Shown here: positions 1 through 12,747 of the stretch, in pieces
Layout of the letters: each line of letters begins with the position of its first letter
Position numbering within the stretch: the first letter of the stretch is position 1
Assembly (NCBI RefSeq): GCF_018350175.1
Contig: NC_058368.1
Span: 148,244,001 to 148,308,000 of the forward strand
Length of the DNA stretch: 64,000 bases
Reading direction: 5' to 3'
From: Felis catus
Lineage: Eukaryota
Notes under the pieces: model-generated
The model's database searches: none
The model's input: only the letters and a program-made list of their open reading frames with translations
What the model was told of the DNA's origin: nothing
Translations under genes and position numbers: made by a program

Positions 1-363
1 CTTTTCTTTTCTTTCTTTCTTTTTTTTTTTTTGGACAGAGAGAGAGAGAGAGAGAGAGAGAGCGCACAAGTGAATGAGGGACAGAGAGAGAAAGAATCCC
101 AGGAGGGGCAAAGGGAGGGAGAGGAAGGGGAAGAAGAAGAAGAAGAAGAAGAAGAAGAAGAAGAAGAAGAAGAAGAAGAAGAAAGAAGAAGAAGGAGGAG
201 GAGGAGAGGGGAAGAAGAAAAAGAGAGAGAGGGAGTGAGAGAAGTGGGGATCATTCGGAGTGGGGCTCAAGTTTTGGCCGAAGTAGGGCACAAACTCATG
301 AACTGTGAGATCATGACATGAGCTGAAGTCAGATGCTTAACTAATAAGCCACACAGGCACCCC
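1..363 (-). mobile_element. CAN-SINE (SINEC) with expanded internal (GA)n/(GAA)n tract
   Basis: Reverse complement begins GGGGTGCCTGTGTGGC..TTAAGCATCTGACTTCAGCTCATGTCATGATCTCACAGTT, followed by a CT-rich region; the poly-A tail appears as a T-run at 1-32. Confidence 0.93.
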
Positions 364-634
364 ATTATAGGCATTTTAAATTCACTATCATTTTGGATTG
401 AACAGGAGGAGGGCAGTGTAAGAAAAATAAGGGAATCCGGGCAGGTATGAATAGCGCCTATGTTTTCAGAAAGAATCAGGATGCCATATAGAAAGCAAGT
501 GAGGTAGGTCCAGGGCCCACAGGAGCAAGATAGCCCCAAGGTGCAAAATTAAGCTCAGATGAATAAATATGCATAATAAATGCCATACTGGATTGGGTCA
601 GATCTCTCAAAGGCCAATCTTAGCAGTAGGTCTA

Positions 635-1296
635 TATAATGGGCAAAATAATGGCTCCCTAAAGATGTGCTAAACCTTGGAACCTATGAATTTGTTACAT
701 AACATGGCAAGAAGGAATTAAGTTTGCAGGTGCTGTTGAAGCTGCTAATTATAAGCAGTTAAAACGGAGAGATTATTCTGGGTCATCTACTTGGACCTAA
801 GTTAATTACCAGTGTTCTTTAAAAATACAAGAAGAATGGGGTGCCTAGGTGGCTCAGTCAGTTAAGTGTCCCACTCTTGATTTTGGCTCAGGTGATGATT
901 GCAGGGTTGTGGGAATGAGCCTTGTGTTGAGCCATGCTCAGCATGGAGCCTGCTTGATTCTCTCTCTTCCTATGCCCCTCTCCATGCTCATGCACTCTGC
1001 TTCACCAAAAGCAAAGGTCAGAGAAATGAGATAGAAAAAGGACTTAATCTACTCAGTAAGCTCAGTAAGGAGTCCATGAGTCAAACAATACAGAAACTTT
1101 CTAGAAGCTGAAAAAGTCAAGGAAACAAATTATCACAAAAAGCAGGCAGAAAGAAATGAAGCCTAGCTGATTTATTCAGCCCAGTAAGAGCCATATCAGA
1201 CTTGTGACCTACAGAAGCATAAGATAATAAACTTGTGTTGTTTTAAGTCATTACAATTGTGGTAATTAGTTATAAAAGCAATAGAAAACTAATACA
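635..1296 (+). mobile_element. MLT1D-like MaLR solo LTR, interrupted by a SINE
   Basis: Starts GGCAAAATAATGGCTCCCTAAAGATG..GAACCTATGAATTTGTTAC and ends ..AGCAATAGAAAACTAATACA, both typical MLT1 termini. Confidence 0.8.
838..1012 (+). mobile_element. CAN-SINE, older subfamily, inserted in MLT1
   Basis: GGGGTGCCTAGGTGGCTCAGTCAGTTAAGTGTC..GGCTCAGGTGATGAT head with a tRNA-like A box. Confidence 0.9.
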
Positions 1297-2029
1297 CTCC
1301 ACAGGTAAATTTTTACTGAATATGAGGGTTTCCCAGTATGAACAGTCTTACAATAATCAGCTGTCAAGTCTTAGTTTTAATAACAAGTACTTAATGGACT
1401 TCTAACTTAATATATTATTCGTACAGGTAATACTTATGTTTTAAATAGTAAATAATGACCAAAAATTATCTAAATTGGTATGTATTTTATTATGCATCCC
1501 ATCATATACAAAGCTTTGAAAATGAGAGGCACTTATTTAGTTGACAATAATGCTTGATGTGCTGATTAACTTGCACTTTGACATCTGTCAATAACCTAAT
1601 TAGGCTTCCGTGCTGATAGCCCATAAAATGTGAAAAAGGACTCTTCCTAACATGGAATTTAGGGTTTTAAGAGGCTATATATCAGGAAAATATCATCTTC
1701 ATTACTCTGTAGATGTATCATTTACAATAGGCTATAAAATAAGTGGCAGTGAATTCAAGGAGGATAGACTAATCATGAGACCACCACAACTGTCAAAGAA
1801 TTAGTGGTAGACCACATAGGGAAGGCCTTTCTGCATTTACTGATTCAGCTTTATTTATTGAGCAATTGTCAGTTAACTAATATAGCTGTGAATGTTTTGA
1901 TGTTAATTATAGCCTATTGCATTTATGTAGTTTTCATTTATCACCTGAATGTTCATGGATCTACAGCTCCAATTCAATCTCCACAAAAAGAGACTACTGT
2001 GAGTGGAACCCCATATTAGGCCCTCTGTG

Positions 2030-2465
2030 GTATTGAATTTTGGAATCCAGGGGAAATAGACACTGATAGTGGAAGTTACAGGGAGTGCTTTAGGGATTGG
2101 CACTGGGGAAAAGAAGGAAAGGAAAGAGGGTCATTAGAAAAAGAGAAGTTGATTTGCAATACAGTCCTAGAGAAGGCCTGCACTCATTTGATGAGGAATT
2201 CTGGAACTGGAATGGACTTCAGAGTCCTTTCCCATTGAAGTAAGGGGGTCTGGCTTTTCCACCTTCCATACTGATGAAATTTTAGACATAGATTGCCCAT
2301 GGAAGGAGGCATTACCTTAGGCAAGACCTACTTTTTAAGTTAAAGTCATCTCCAAAGAGGGCAGGGAGCTAAGAGCATTCTTCTGATACTACTCCCAGTT
2401 GCTAGGGAAATGATTCCCTCATTCATTAAAGGAGATCTGGGTAGCACATCATAGTATCCATCCCC
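2030..2465 (-). mobile_element. LTR16-like ERVL solo LTR (old)
   Basis: Reverse complement GGATACTATGATGTGCTACCCAGATCTCC..CATTTCCCTAGCAACTGGGAGT..CCAGTTCCAGAATTCC resembles LTR16A/C. Confidence 0.7.
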
Positions 2466-3320
2466 ATGGGGTAAAGCTGAAGCAGAGCAGCATCAAACCC
2501 GGTATTATTTAAACAACTAACCTTTCTGGATGTTTAAAATAAAAAGCCCAGATTTCACAATACCCCAAAATATCCTTTTTTCTTTCACAACTCTGATTTT
2601 CTTTTTTACCTTGAACTTGAATTGTATTATATAAAATATTAGCATGATTAAAAACTGTACACATACCCATCAAATTCAAATTTCATTTTTTAATTCCATG
2701 TTGATAAAGTTGTCAACAAAATTAAACCCAATCTTAATTTCCTCTGATTATTAAAATCATATTTCTGTAACTATAGTTTAATCTGATAATCAATGATTAT
2801 TCAAAGAAGCTGATTATTTAATATAATCTCCCCACCAAAAATTTCAAATAACGAAAGCAGTAAGTTTCAGTGCAATTTAGGGTGAATTTTTCATATTTAA
2901 AAAAAAATAATTAACAGATTACATAAATGCAATTGACACCATACGTCCTTATTTGCTCTAAGGAAAACATACTCTTGCAAATTGGTGTATGCATGCTTCT
3001 CAAGAAGCTCAGGAAAAATTAGAATATCTCTTGCAGTTTCCTTTTCTTGCTTCCTTGCTCATGTTTGACTAAAACTAAATTTGCAGGCTTTTAATTATCC
3101 TACAGCTTGAATTCAACCAGTGATAAGTAGTTATTTAATTTGCTGTCAGCTTTAACTACCCTCAACTGTGACAGAGCAATACAGCATTATCTTCAGCAGC
3201 ACTAATGAATCAGAGTACCTGCTGTCTGGAGTAATGGCACCTTTTTATTGTGGTAGAGATGACCTACACATAAGTAAACATATGATATTTCATACTTGAC
3301 ATAAATAAGATGAGGGTATT

Positions 3321-3336
3321 TTTTAAGTTTATTTAT

Positions 3337-3395
<59 letters not shown>

Positions 3396-3560
3396 GACAG
3401 AGAGAGAGACAGAGACAGAGACAGAGAAAGAGAGAGCCAGCAGGGGAGAGGCAGAGAGACAGAAAGAGAGAATCCCAGGCAGGGATTTTATGAACCCTAA
3501 TATAACCTGAAGTGAAATCAAGAGTCAGATGCTTAACTGTCTGAGTCACCTAGTTGCCCC
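3321..3560 (-). mobile_element. CAN-SINE
   Basis: TTTATTTATTTTGAGAGAG tail and (GA)n; head ends ..GAGTCACCTAGTTGCCCC; AGGGTATTT occurs on both flanks. Confidence 0.93.
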
Positions 3561-3627
3561 AGGCTAGGGTATTTCTATACTGAAGACTGCTAGTTGGCCA
3601 AAAGGTTTTCAGACAAATAATTTTCAT

Positions 3628-3895
3628 ATTCATTAATTTATTAATTAATTCAATAAATATTTATGGAATCATTTCCTTCATGGGAGGTTATTGCAGTCAC
3701 ATAAAAGATGATGGTAGCTTGGATAAGATTGATGCTAACTGATAAAGGTGTCAGGGTTTGTGGGTTAGATTTGGGGTTTGATGAAAGATATAAACATTAA
3801 GAATGAAACCAAGATTTTTTACCTATGCAACTAAAAAAAAATGAGATCATTACTATCAAAGATGGGAAAGATTGTGAAAAAAAGTAGGTTTATAG
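3628..3895 (-). mobile_element. L2 LINE fragments (ancient)
   Basis: ATTCATTAATTTATTAATTAATTCAATAAATATTTAT L2-type 3' end plus GATGATGGTAGCTTGGA..AAGATGGGAAAG body. Confidence 0.55.
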
Positions 3896-6339
3896 AACAT
3901 ACCAGAATGGTCTGAATTAGTGGGTCAGCAATTCAGTCTTATACAAATTGACCTAAAGTAGTAGTTTTGCCATTAGCTTCTCACATAATAATAATTCATT
4001 ATTGTTCACAGTAAAGAAATTTGCAAATTAATTCTTTTATGACATACACTTAGTAGTAATCATAAAAATATATTCAATGTGCATTTTTTAAGAGTTGAGT
4101 GAGGAGAGAAAATGGTTTATAACATGGATAAATATATATATTACTTATAGTGGTGAGCCTACAAAATTGGAAAATGCTTCCAAAATATGAAATTCTAACA
4201 TTGAAAGTATTAAAACATAACACTATCTTGGATATAGTAAAGTTTAATTTTTTCTAGATTTCTTCAACCAGTTTGGGATTATTTTTGTTTATGTAATAAT
4301 TACCCCAACTCTCCAGTATAAAATTTGAAAAACAAGGCAGTGAAAAAGTGAAACTAGCTTTGACTACCAGAGGAACTGTTTACTTTGCTGAAGTTGTCAT
4401 ATCCTCACATCCGTATTTTAGATTGGCTTACATCATTTTCAATGACGTTCTCACTTCTTTGTTTACTGATAAAAGAGGCATTTGTATCTGCTTCTCAGTA
4501 TTTGTATAATATTCTTTAACTCTAATGTTCTTTTTCCATGTTCATTTTCATTTCCTCTCTATATCTCACTATTTCTGGTCTTCTACATTATTATATTTTA
4601 TTATACTTCTTACTGACTAATTTTTTTTATCATGTCCATTTGTTTGCTTCCCCTTTAAGGAAAATAAAAATCAAGGTAAAGATACGAAGACATCCTTTGA
4701 ATTGGCAAAAAATGACAAATGTGAAGATTACAGCATGGAGATTTATATAATTTAAAATATTTTGCTGTAAAATGTTGGGGAAATTCATTTCTTCATACAG
4801 ACATGATTTTAATTATACCAGAGTTCATTTTCCCAGCCTAAAATTATTTGAAATATATAAAGTACTAGTTAGAAGTTAAAGTGCTCTAGGGGCAATAGGG
4901 AAGAACAGGCAAAGTATTTGAATGTATATATCTATTATGGCAGGTTTCTCTATTACCAGTGAATAGCATTATGTCTGTATATTATGTGTGCATGCTACAC
5001 TTAAGAAAAAAACTCTCCTGTGCCAATTATGTAGGCAAAGTACACTTGGGAATGTGACTGACCATATAAAAGCTGGAAATGGAGGCTGTCCCCAAATATG
5101 TTATGAGCATTAAATGGTATCTGCAAGATGAACACAGAAAATATCCTCATTTGACTAAGATGATCTATGCATGCTGAAAATTTTTGGAAACATATGGCAA
5201 GTAATGTTTTAGCAGGTGAAATTACTATCAACTAGTTGTACATATGCATATGAAGAGTCTGGCTGGATGGAGGAGTAAAGACTCCATCAAATGGCAAATG
5301 ACAGAACTGGAGCTCTTCTTTATTCTGACCTGGCTTAAGACAAGAGGTCACTTTGCTACGCAATTCAAAACCAAGTATAACACATGTTAGTATGGCAGTG
5401 TAAATGTCATAAATAAGCCTAATAATCAGATTTTTGTGCAAATCCCTCTGCATGTTCTTTATGTTCTCCTAAGTCAGTCGGCCATTTTATCACTCAGAGG
5501 GAAATTGATTAAGCAATGTTAACTAACAATAATAGCCATACTTAAAGGTATGAATACTTTTTTTTCCTCATTCAGGCTATAATGGACACTTATGCAAGAA
5601 GATGTTAGCAATGAGGACACTTTCCATTTCAAAAAGTATATATTAAAATAGAAGTGAGACATTGAGCTTCTATTTCCTTACACAGTTTCCTGTTTTAAGA
5701 GAGAAGAAACACTCAACACATCTATTTGCTCATTAACATTGATACTAACAGCCTATAGTGTCACATAAAATTAAATAGGTAAGACAGGAAAAAACATACT
5801 GTTTTTCTTAATGCCAAGATACAGGAGCTTTAAACAAGAGAAATTAAATACCCTGCTCACTCAGCTCTCGGAAACAGACTTAAAAGCTGCATTATTAATT
5901 AGTATAATTTAAAAGTGTATTTTGGAGTTTTAGAGTATGAGGTCATCAGGCAATCAAACTGATGTATTCCACATCATTCTTATCTCCCCTCTATTTCCAA
6001 TGACTCAAAATTTATCTTTTAATGAGATTTATCTTCTAATAAGTCATATTATATCTAGCTGCAAATCTGGTTACTATACATCTTCCTAAATTTCTTCTGT
6101 AACTCCACCTTGAGAAGTAACCTTTTGAACATGGAAAAGATAGTCTTCATGATGACCCAAGTCCATGCTTTGAAGTTTAAGTTCCCAAAACACTAAGTTG
6201 CAAATGCTTCTCCACATACTAGCACTGTTTCTTGCCTCTGATTCGTCTATCTTCAGAACTCATGGAAACCACTGTCCAGCATGGGTTAGTGTTCTTCCTA
6301 CAGATTCTTATTAATGGCTCAGACCTGTAAAGGGCTTAT

Positions 6340-6538
6340 GTCATGCCAAGGGCTTTATGTACATACAGTCATTTAATCTGCATAACAGCCCTACATGGTA
6401 GGTAACATCATTCCACTGATAAAGAACTGAGGCATAGAGAAGACTGGCAAAAGTCATTAGTCTTCTAAGTGGTAGTAAAACTGGGTTGAATTCAGAGAGC
6501 CTGGGGTCAGGACTTCTGTACTCAACCACGACGCTATA
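6340..6538 (-). mobile_element. MIR SINE
   Basis: Reverse complement contains the MIR core TCTCTATGCCTCAGTT..TACCTACC..GGGCTGTTATGCAGATTAAATGA. Confidence 0.85.
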
Positions 6539-6842
6539 GAGGACTTTATGAACACTGCTATCATTCCATTAACCCTATCACATTATGATTATGTAGTCAT
6601 TGTCTTTCTTCTGTTTCTTGAGGACAAAGGCCCATTTTACTCATGTTTATGCAAATAATAGCCTATCATAGTTATTTCCCAACAGTGCAATATAAAAACT
6701 TCCTAAATTTAACATTTTAAAGAAATGTTAATTATCTTTCTTTTGGGAAGTTCTTTACACTTTTTGAAGGATTAAAGGAAAGGATTAAAGGTAAATAGTA
6801 AAAGGAAGAAGGAATGAGGGAAGAAAGGAAAACCAATTCTAG

Positions 6843-7513
6843 TGTACTGGGAAAATATAAATAAAAACCTAATCATCCACAAAGGTAGTAGAGAAAGAAA
6901 ACACCTTTATCATTGAATAAGCAGTAAACCAGGACATGATGCTCATCTGCCAAGGCAATCCACTAAGTGACTATAAGGACGGAAATCTCACCCTTTTATA
7001 CAGCCAAGCAGCTATATTCTGTTACATACACGCTTTCACGATAAACAAGTAGTTCTTGATTAAGAAAATGACAGCACCATTTGTCCCGTGAAATACACCC
7101 TAATTTTACCTGGTGATTGGGTTATGTTAGCTAATTGTCTTTATCCAGAGGAAAAACAAACATCTCACACCTTTAATAACAGGAAGTCGTTTTGCAGCTT
7201 GGAGCAAAGCAAGGCCCACCAAACTGAGGCGCCTACCCTCCCATTTTAGAAATGAGAAATAGGATGCTATCTCCCTTAATGTTTACATTTCACAGATATG
7301 GCTCTCAGGATCTCAAGAAAGACATTCCAAAGTCATAAAGCTGACCAAATGCCAATCTAGTCTTCAGAAGCATTTATGTACATTTCAAAGAGTAGAAAGT
7401 ACCTATAATAACTAAAATAAATGCTCAGTGGAAGCACAGAGGAGGAAAATCTCCTCCCTTATTTTTAACAGGGAGAATTAAGCCTCTCATTTTAATTTGC
7501 ATTTGACCATACA
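6843..7513 (-). mobile_element. ERV1 solo LTR, MER67-like
   Basis: TGTA...TACA termini; reverse complement starts TGTATGGTCAAATGCAAATTAAAATGAGAGGCTTAATTCTCCCTGTT and contains TTTGAAATGTACATAAAT. Confidence 0.75.
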
Positions 7514-7539
7514 AGTAGAGTGACTGAAAAACAGGTTAG

Positions 7540-7700
7540 AGGGAGCACAGTATACTGGGAAGAATACTGAAATGTTCTAGGACCAGATTGGTTACTTGTA
7601 AGCCTTTTCCTTGGAGAAAACACTGAATCTCTGTGGGGCTCTGCTTTTCATGTGTAAAGTGAGTGAGTTGTACTGGATATTACCTAAGGTCACTTTTGGA
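7540..7700 (+). mobile_element. MIR3/MIRc-like SINE fragment
   Basis: CACTGAATCTCTGTGGGGCTCTGCTTTTCATGTGTAAAGTGAG..TACCTAAGGTC degenerate MIR core. Confidence 0.5.
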
Positions 7701-8253
7701 TTTATTGCTGTATTTCAAACTAATGAAAAAATTGAGGGTTCAGTGAGGATGACAGGTATTTTTTTATGTTCACACTTGTTTGAACTTTAATTATTCTGAC
7801 CTAAGATACAATCAATGACCTCTGAATGCCTATAGACTTAAGTCATAAGGAAATTAGAATCACTAGGTGTCTATAGTGGTACACTTAACACATATGTTTA
7901 AAAGATTTTGCCAACCTAAGTGTGTACTGAAAGAAAAGACCACTCCCTTTCATACTAATGAATAACAGTTAATAATGGACCACAAAAGAAGCTTTTGCTT
8001 ATTACTACACTTTTTTTTTTAATCTGTAGAGACTAAGATTAGAACTGTGGCCTAGAATGCAGCCTTACGTTGACTGCCACACAGAGTCATGAAGATTTAC
8101 AAATATTATTTCCTTGTTCCATGGATATGTATGAGGTGTTGTGATACTTTTTTTTTTTCCTTTTGTGTCTCAGCAGAGAGAATTCTGTACAAACAATAGG
8201 TGTGAAAAACAATAAAATAGATTTTGGGTTTTTAAATCTGAGAACATCCTCTT

Positions 8254-8448
8254 ATTTTAAGTTTATTTATTTTGAGAGAGTGAGAGAATGACTGGGGTAC
8301 GGGGAGAGAGAGAGGAAAGAGAGAATCCCAAGTAGGCTCTGCACTGCCAGCCCAGAGCCCAATGCGGGGCTCGAACTCATGAACCATGAGATCATGACCT
8401 GAGCTGAAATCAAGAGTCAGATGCTTGACAGAGCCACACAGTTGCCCC
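8254..8448 (-). mobile_element. CAN-SINE
   Basis: SINEC body; target-site duplication (TSD) AAATCTGAGAA at 8234 and 8449. Confidence 0.95.
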
Positions 8449-8596
8449 AAATCTGAGAAAATTCTTATACAGTTTACCTTGTAAAGAAAATTCTGGTAGC
8501 CAATCTAAGTGAAAACCTTTAGGGTTTCTGCTAAGTAAATATTTACAAGAAAAAAAGAAAAGAACACTACTGTTTACAAGATAAATAGCTCTGACA

Positions 8597-8597
<1 letters not shown>

Positions 8598-8629
<32 letters not shown>

Positions 8630-8630
8630 C
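8598..8630. repeat. (AAC)n microsatellite
   Basis: Direct trinucleotide run. Confidence 0.95.
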
Positions 8631-9065
8631 TGATCGCCTGTGTCCAACCAGTGTTTGATAGGCTTTTCTTCTGTGCCCAATTCCCAAATGTGGAAAAAAG
8701 GATCCTAAAGAAGTAACATACATGAAGGTATATACACAGTAAATTTGTACATTCCCCGGGAGCAAGAACATCATCACGTGCTGTGTAAGAGGGTGTGTGA
8801 CCATTTCAGTGCTATAGACTCCATAAGGCAACTTCATGGCAAAGGAGGCTACTACATCTTTCAAATACTTTGAATACCTTAGAAAAACATTTTAAATATT
8901 TGGTCTCATTCTCTTCTTTAGAGGAGAAAATGAGAAGTGATAGTAATGAGTGAAAAACTGTATCTTTTTTACAGAGTTATTTTGAACTCTTTTTAAAGAG
9001 AATGGCCACAAAATGCCTGTGTTTTTAACAGATTGTGATGAAAAATGTACGTTTGCTTCCCATTT

Positions 9066-9233
9066 CTTATTTTTCTAATTAAAGTTTTGAGAGATAGACA
9101 TAGGGAGAGGGAGAACGAGAAGGAGAGGGAGGGGCAAAGAGAGAGAGGGAGAGAGGAAATCCCAAGCAGGTGCCACAGTCAGTGTAGAAATCAAGAGTCA
9201 GACGCTTAACCATTTGAGCCACCCAGGGGCTCC
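9066..9233 (-). mobile_element. CAN-SINE with internal deletion
   Basis: SINE head and CT region present, middle missing; TSD TTTGCTTCCCATT at 9052 and 9236. Confidence 0.9.
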
Positions 9234-10623
9234 TTTTTGCTTCCCATTCAGTACATTCAAGCTTTTTTGCTTTTGCATGAGCCATACTGAATAAAGTTGT
9301 ATCACGTCACATTTGTCTATAAGGTATGCTCTTATTCCTTGGTTGCTCATTTTATCTGCCTCTCCTAACCCTCTGATCTCAATTTTTGCTTCTCTTCCCT
9401 CATTCCACTTTAACCATATGTGCTTCCAGGAGCCTACAGAGTAGGCTTCTGTTTTAGGGACACTATTCTGCCAGATAACTCTCTGTGTAGATAACACCTC
9501 CAACTTTTTTGATGTGTTTGCCAACTATCATATTCTTATTACAGCTTAGGGACTAATTTATTATAATTGTGAGCCCCTCTTCCATCACAAGGTAAGAATC
9601 ATTTCATTTTATTTTGGTAAATATATATTTGCATATGTAATATATAAAATAATATGTGTTATATATTAAATACGTATATATTAAAAAAACACTTTCTATT
9701 TTAACCATTTTAAGTGTGCAATTCAGTGTCAGTAATTACATTCACAATATTGTACAACTATTACTACTATTTCCAAATTTTTTTCATCAACCCAAATATA
9801 AACTCTGTACCCATTAAACAAAAACTCCCCATTTCCCTCTATCCCCATGGCTCTGGTAACTTCTAATATACTATCTGGGTCAATCAATTTACCAGATATT
9901 TTAAATTTTCACATAAATGAAATCATATAGTATGTGTCCTTTAGTATCTGGCTTATTTCACTTAGCATATTCTCAAGCTTCATTTATGTTGTAGCATGTA
10001 TCAGAACGTTATCACTTTTTATGACAGAATAACATTCTACTGTATGAATTTCTGCTTTTCTGTTCATCTGACAGACAAATGAATTATTTACATCTTTTGG
10101 CTATTGTAAGTAATTCCGCAGTAAACATTGGCATACATGTATCTAAGTCCCTATTTTCCATTATTTTGGATACAGACCTAGGAATGGAATTGTTGGCCTA
10201 TGTAGAGATTCTATGTTTAGTGGAACTGCCTAATTGTTTTCCATAGTGGCTGTACTATTTTATATTCCCATGAACAATTTACAAGGGTTCCAAATTTTCT
10301 ACATCCTTTCCAATGCTGACTTTCTTTTTGAAAAATTATTGTCATTTTAGTGGGTATGAAGTAGTATCTAATAGTTTTGATTTTCATTTCCCTAATGACT
10401 AAAGACATTGAACATCCTTCTGTTTGCTTATTAGACATTTCTATATCTTCTTTGGATTGTTATCTATTTAATTTTTGTGCCCATTTTATAAACTATGTCT
10501 TTCTGTTGTGGATTTGTAGGTCTTTACATGTTGTAGATATTAAATTCTTACCAGATACATAGTTTGTAAGTATTTTCTCCCATTCTATGGGTTCTGTCAC
10601 TTTTTTTAAACTGTCTTTGATGC

Positions 10624-10834
10624 TGCACTAGTCAGGATTTCCTGGAGAATGGAAGCAATAGGATATGTATATTATATTAACTTATGTAAAAAAAGGTTGT
10701 TGTAATTTTTGGTAGGTGTTGTTTTGAATCTGTAGATCTTAACCATCATCTCTTTGTCTATATCTATATATAGACAGACAGTATGATGGGTGGGTGAGAG
10801 TGGGTGGTGCGTATAAAACAAATATTTTTTCTGA

Positions 10835-10885
<51 letters not shown>

Positions 10886-11285
10886 CGTGGGGAGGGAGGG
10901 TAGGAGAGAGATCGAAAGAGACAGAGAGAGAACAAGAGAGAGAATTGGATCCCGGAATTGTGGAGGCTCACAAGTCCAGGTCTATAGCGTAGGGTGGAAG
11001 GCTGAGGACTCAGAGAAGAGTTGCTTTCCAGGTGAAAAGCAGTCTGCTGGGAGAATTCCTTCTTTGGGGGAGTTTTGTCTTTTTTTCCTATTAAAGCCTT
11101 CAAATGGCTTGATAAGACCTACCTACATCATGGAGGGATTGGTAATCTCCTTTACTCAAAGCCTACGTATGTAAATATTAGTCTCATCTAAAAATAGCTT
11201 CAAATAAACATCTAGAAAAAATGTTTGACTAAATATTCAGGTACTGTGGCATATCCAGGGTTGACATGTGAAATTAATCATCACA
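10624..11285 (-). mobile_element. MLT2 (ERVL) solo LTR with (CA)n tract
   Basis: Reverse complement starts TGTGATGATTAATTTCACATGTCAACC; 5-bp TSD GATGC/GGTGC (10619, 11286). Confidence 0.85.
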
Positions 11286-11390
11286 GGTGCCCAAGTTTGT
11301 GTATTGTTTGTTTTTGTTTTGTTTTGTTTTGGTTAAGCCTAATGTACCAATTTATTTTCTTTTGTCATTAGTGCTTTTGGTGTCATATCT

Positions 11391-11635
11391 GGGTGAAGGA
11401 GGGTGCGAGGTACAGGCTTGCACTTATGGAATGAGTAAGTCAGAGGGATGAAAAGTACACGATAGGGAATAAAGTCAGTGGTATTGTAAAAGGGTTGTAT
11501 GATGACAGATGGTAGCTATGCTTGTGAGCATAACATAATGCATACTTGTCAAATCATTATGTCATACATCACTGAAACTAAGATAGCATTTTGTGTCAAC
11601 TATTCTTCAATTATATATATATTTTTTCAATAAAA
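11391..11635 (+). mobile_element. 5'-truncated carnivore L1 3'UTR
   Basis: GGTACAGGCTT..ATGAGTAAGTCA..GACAGATGGTAGCTA..TGTGTCAACTAT 3'UTR motifs. Confidence 0.75.
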
Positions 11636-12248
11636 ATCTGATGCTCAATTCAGGGCAATGAATATTTACCCTTATGTTTTTTTCTAAAAGTTTTATGATC
11701 TTAGCTCTTATATTTAGGTTACTGATCATTTTGAGTTAATTTTTCTATATGGTATGAGGTAAGGGATTCAATTTCATTCCTTTGTTTCTGAAAATACACT
11801 TTTCCCTGCACCATCTGTTCATCTGTTGAAGACACTAAACTTTTCCTATCAATGGACTTGAAACCCTTGTTGAAAATTAACCAACCACAGATGATGGGCT
11901 TATTTCTGGACAGAGAGAGATGGGAGTCCAAGGGAGAGACAGAGGGAAATGGGGGTTAAAGATTAAGAAAGAGATTAAAATTGAGATTTACATTCACATT
12001 GTGAAAAATGAAGAAGAGCTAGAAATAGGTTTAAAACAATTACCAAGATGCTGACCTTCTGTTGTGGATTAATTGAAATGGGATGAGGATGGTTTTATTA
12101 CCAAAATCCTGGGGCTTATAAAAATATTGAAATCTTTATGTCCCTGTTGCTAAAATACTGATGTAGTGACTTGGTAGAAACTCAATACCATCTTGAAATA
12201 ACACAGACACATTAAATGGTAATAGATATTAACAAAATAATGGACAGA

Positions 12249-12460
12249 GGGGTGCCTGGGTGGCTCAGTCGGTTGAGCATCTGACTTCAGCTCAGGTCAT
12301 GATCTCGCGGTTTGTGAGTTTGAGCCCTGCGTCAGGCTCTGTGCTGACAGCTCAGAGCGTGAAGCCTGCTTCAGATTCTGTGTCTTCCTCTCTCTCTGCC
12401 CCTCCCTTGCTCATGATCTGTCTCTCTCTGTCTCAAAAATAAATTAATTAATTTAAAAAA
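12249..12460 (+). mobile_element. CAN-SINE
   Basis: Full SINEC head, CT region and tail; approximate TSD TAATGGACAG/TAATGGATAG. Confidence 0.95.
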
Positions 12461-12747
12461 ATTAATGGATAGGTATTAGAAATAAGAAAATTGAAGGATG
12501 ATGATCCCCAGACTAAAGTTTCTGAATAACTGAAGGTTTAAAGAAAAACAAGTATTGTTTTGTATGTGTAAGGAAATGATGTATATAAATGTTTAACTGC
12601 CACTATTTCTCTTCAATATTTAATAAATTTTAAAGTCACTGTAATAAGCTTTTCTTTTTTGAAAGATTGAACCCTGTCCTGTTCATTTTTCCCTTGCACC
12701 TAACACAATTTCCTGTGTCTAATAAGCACTTATTATTTATTGGTTAA

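Larger units (their letters stand above)
9610..11910 (-). mobile_element. Old L1 (L1MB-like) 3' end and ORF2 tail, split by MLT2 and a younger L1 3' end
   Basis: AACCATTTTAAGTGTGCAATTCAGTG..CTCTGTACCCATTAAAC 3'UTR; ORF 10217-10438(-) gives CSMSLVIREMKIKTIRYYF..VQPLWKT, the L1 ORF2 C-terminus. Confidence 0.85.

Noticed and set aside
31..321. Glu/Arg-rich 96-aa ORF
   Set aside because: Translation of GA/GAA microsatellite inside an antisense SINE. The same applies to the poly-LS, ER, CV and HT ORFs elsewhere.
12249..12330. tRNA genes at SINE heads
   Set aside because: tRNA-derived CAN-SINE heads followed by CT tract and poly-A; not functional tRNAs.
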